Assembly (NCBI RefSeq): GCF_963921235.1 | Contig: NC_086101.1 | Coordinates: forward strand, 3,040,001 to 3,104,000 | Origin: Mobula hypostoma | Taxonomy: Eukaryota | Direction: 5' to 3' | DNA length: 64,000 bases | Part shown: in pieces, positions 62,686 to 64,000 of the stretch | How positions within the stretch are numbered: the stretch's first letter is position 1 | Layout: the number at the start of each line of letters is the position of its first letter | Position numbers and translations under genes: made by a program | The notes under the pieces: model-generated | The model's database searches: none | Seen by the model: only the letters and a program-made list of their open reading frames with translations | What the model was told of the DNA's origin: nothing

Positions 62686-64000
62686 GTTGAGAAAGTTGAG
62701 AAAAAAATATTCTATTGTTCCTAATTTGGAGCTTTATAATGAGAGAGTTGAACTTCAGATGCAACATAGTTTGTTATTAACATCCCCGATTGAAAATCAA
62801 TTACTTAAAACTAAGTCAATTTCACATACATGGTGATCAAATGGGTAAATTATTGGCTAATCAATTCAAAGCTGCTTTGGCGAAATGTCAGATTAGTAAA
62901 GTTCGTAGATGGGATGGTATTTTGACCACTGATCATGATGAAATTAATAAGTCTTTTCAAGAATTTTTTACTAATTTATATCAATCAGAATTTCCTTATG
63001 ACCTTACCGTAATGCATGAATTTTTAAGGAAACTAAACATTCCGAAATTACCAGCTGATGAATGTTTAGCATTAGATGCACCCGTTACTGAAGCGGAAAT
63101 AAAGAAAGCAATTTTTTTTTTGATGAACTCTGGTAAAGCACCTGGCCCGGATGGGTATACAGTTGAATATTTTAAATCTTTCTCAGACTTACTTTCTCCC
63201 TGGTTACGTAGAATTTTTAAAGATGCTCTATCTATAGGTAAATTTCCACAATCCTATTATGAAGCACCTATCTCTTTAATTCCTGAAAAAGATACAGATC
63301 CCACTGAATGTGCATCATATAGACCTATATCTTTGTTGAATGTGGATTCTAAAAACTTTTCCAAAACATTAGCAATTAGAAAAGAGAAGGTACTACCACA
63401 AATTTTCTCTGAAGATCAGACAGGATTTATTAAAATCGTTACTCATATTTTAATGTTTGGAGGTTAATGAACATTGTACACACTACTTCATCTAAAACTC
63501 GAGAATGTGTTATTTCGCTTGACACCGAGAAGGCGTTTGACAGACATGAATGGGAATATTTATTTAATATACTTGAGAAATTAAATTTCAGCTTAAAATT
63601 TACATCCTGGATTCCTGGATCCAGGGCTCATATGTCCAAGGATAAGTTAGCTCGTTTTTACTGCTATACAAATCCCGTTTGAGATGGATGTAATTCTGAG
63701 GCAGCTTCCTTGACACATGTTCTGGTCTTGTCCTCTTCTAGAAAAACATTGGAAAGATATTTTTGATATTATTTCAGTAGGGTTCTGCTTATTGATTTAC
63801 AACCTCGTCCTATTACTGCAATTTTTGGACTACCAGTGATAGACTCTAGTCGTTTATCCTCGTCAGTTTGTCGTCTAATTGCATTTGTTACATTAATAGC
63901 CAGGAGATCCATTTAACTTAAATGGAAGGATTCTAATCCCCCCACTACATTTCAATGGTTTTCCCAAATGAGAACATGCTTAAACTTGGGGAAAAAATTA
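62686..64000 (+). mobile_element. Degenerate, internally deleted L1-clade LINE ORF2
   Basis: GKAPGPDGY, YRPISLLNVDSK, SLDTEKAFD, HMFWSCP. Same family as 26320-30120. Confidence 0.85.

Noticed and set aside
61289..62836. 515-aa Pro/Ser/Leu-rich ORF and antisense Gly/Arg/Glu ORFs
   Set aside because: Artefact of a low-complexity C/T tract that cannot contain stop codons.

Overview
Repeat-rich vertebrate DNA. The mix of CR1, Penelope, Rex1/Babar, RTE and V-SINE-like repeats suggests a cartilaginous fish such as a ray or shark (inference). The only host genes are three tandem + strand paralogues of a spliced Ig-superfamily type I membrane protein, which the ORF track misses because each is split over five coding exons: leader, Cys-less V-set domain, C2-set domain, transmembrane (TM) and tail. 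The V domain resembles the HEPACAM/CD2-SLAM/CEACAM N-domain. Copy A (8018-13980) encodes 294 aa with an acidic tail. Copies B (25254-37895) and C (53354-58732) share a shortened TM exon whose splice-phase shift truncates the tail. There is also an orphan promoter plus exon 1 (16.2-17.3 kb), a ~8 kb inverted copy of the upstream flank starting at a fold-back hairpin, a full-length I/Nimb-type LINE with a 14-bp TSD beside the copy B promoter, a solo LTR, a probable Helitron, Penelope fragments with hammerhead-ribozyme cores, nested LINEs and a 1.36 kb polypyrimidine tract. Gene models come from reading splice signals and frames by eye; no expression or database evidence was available.
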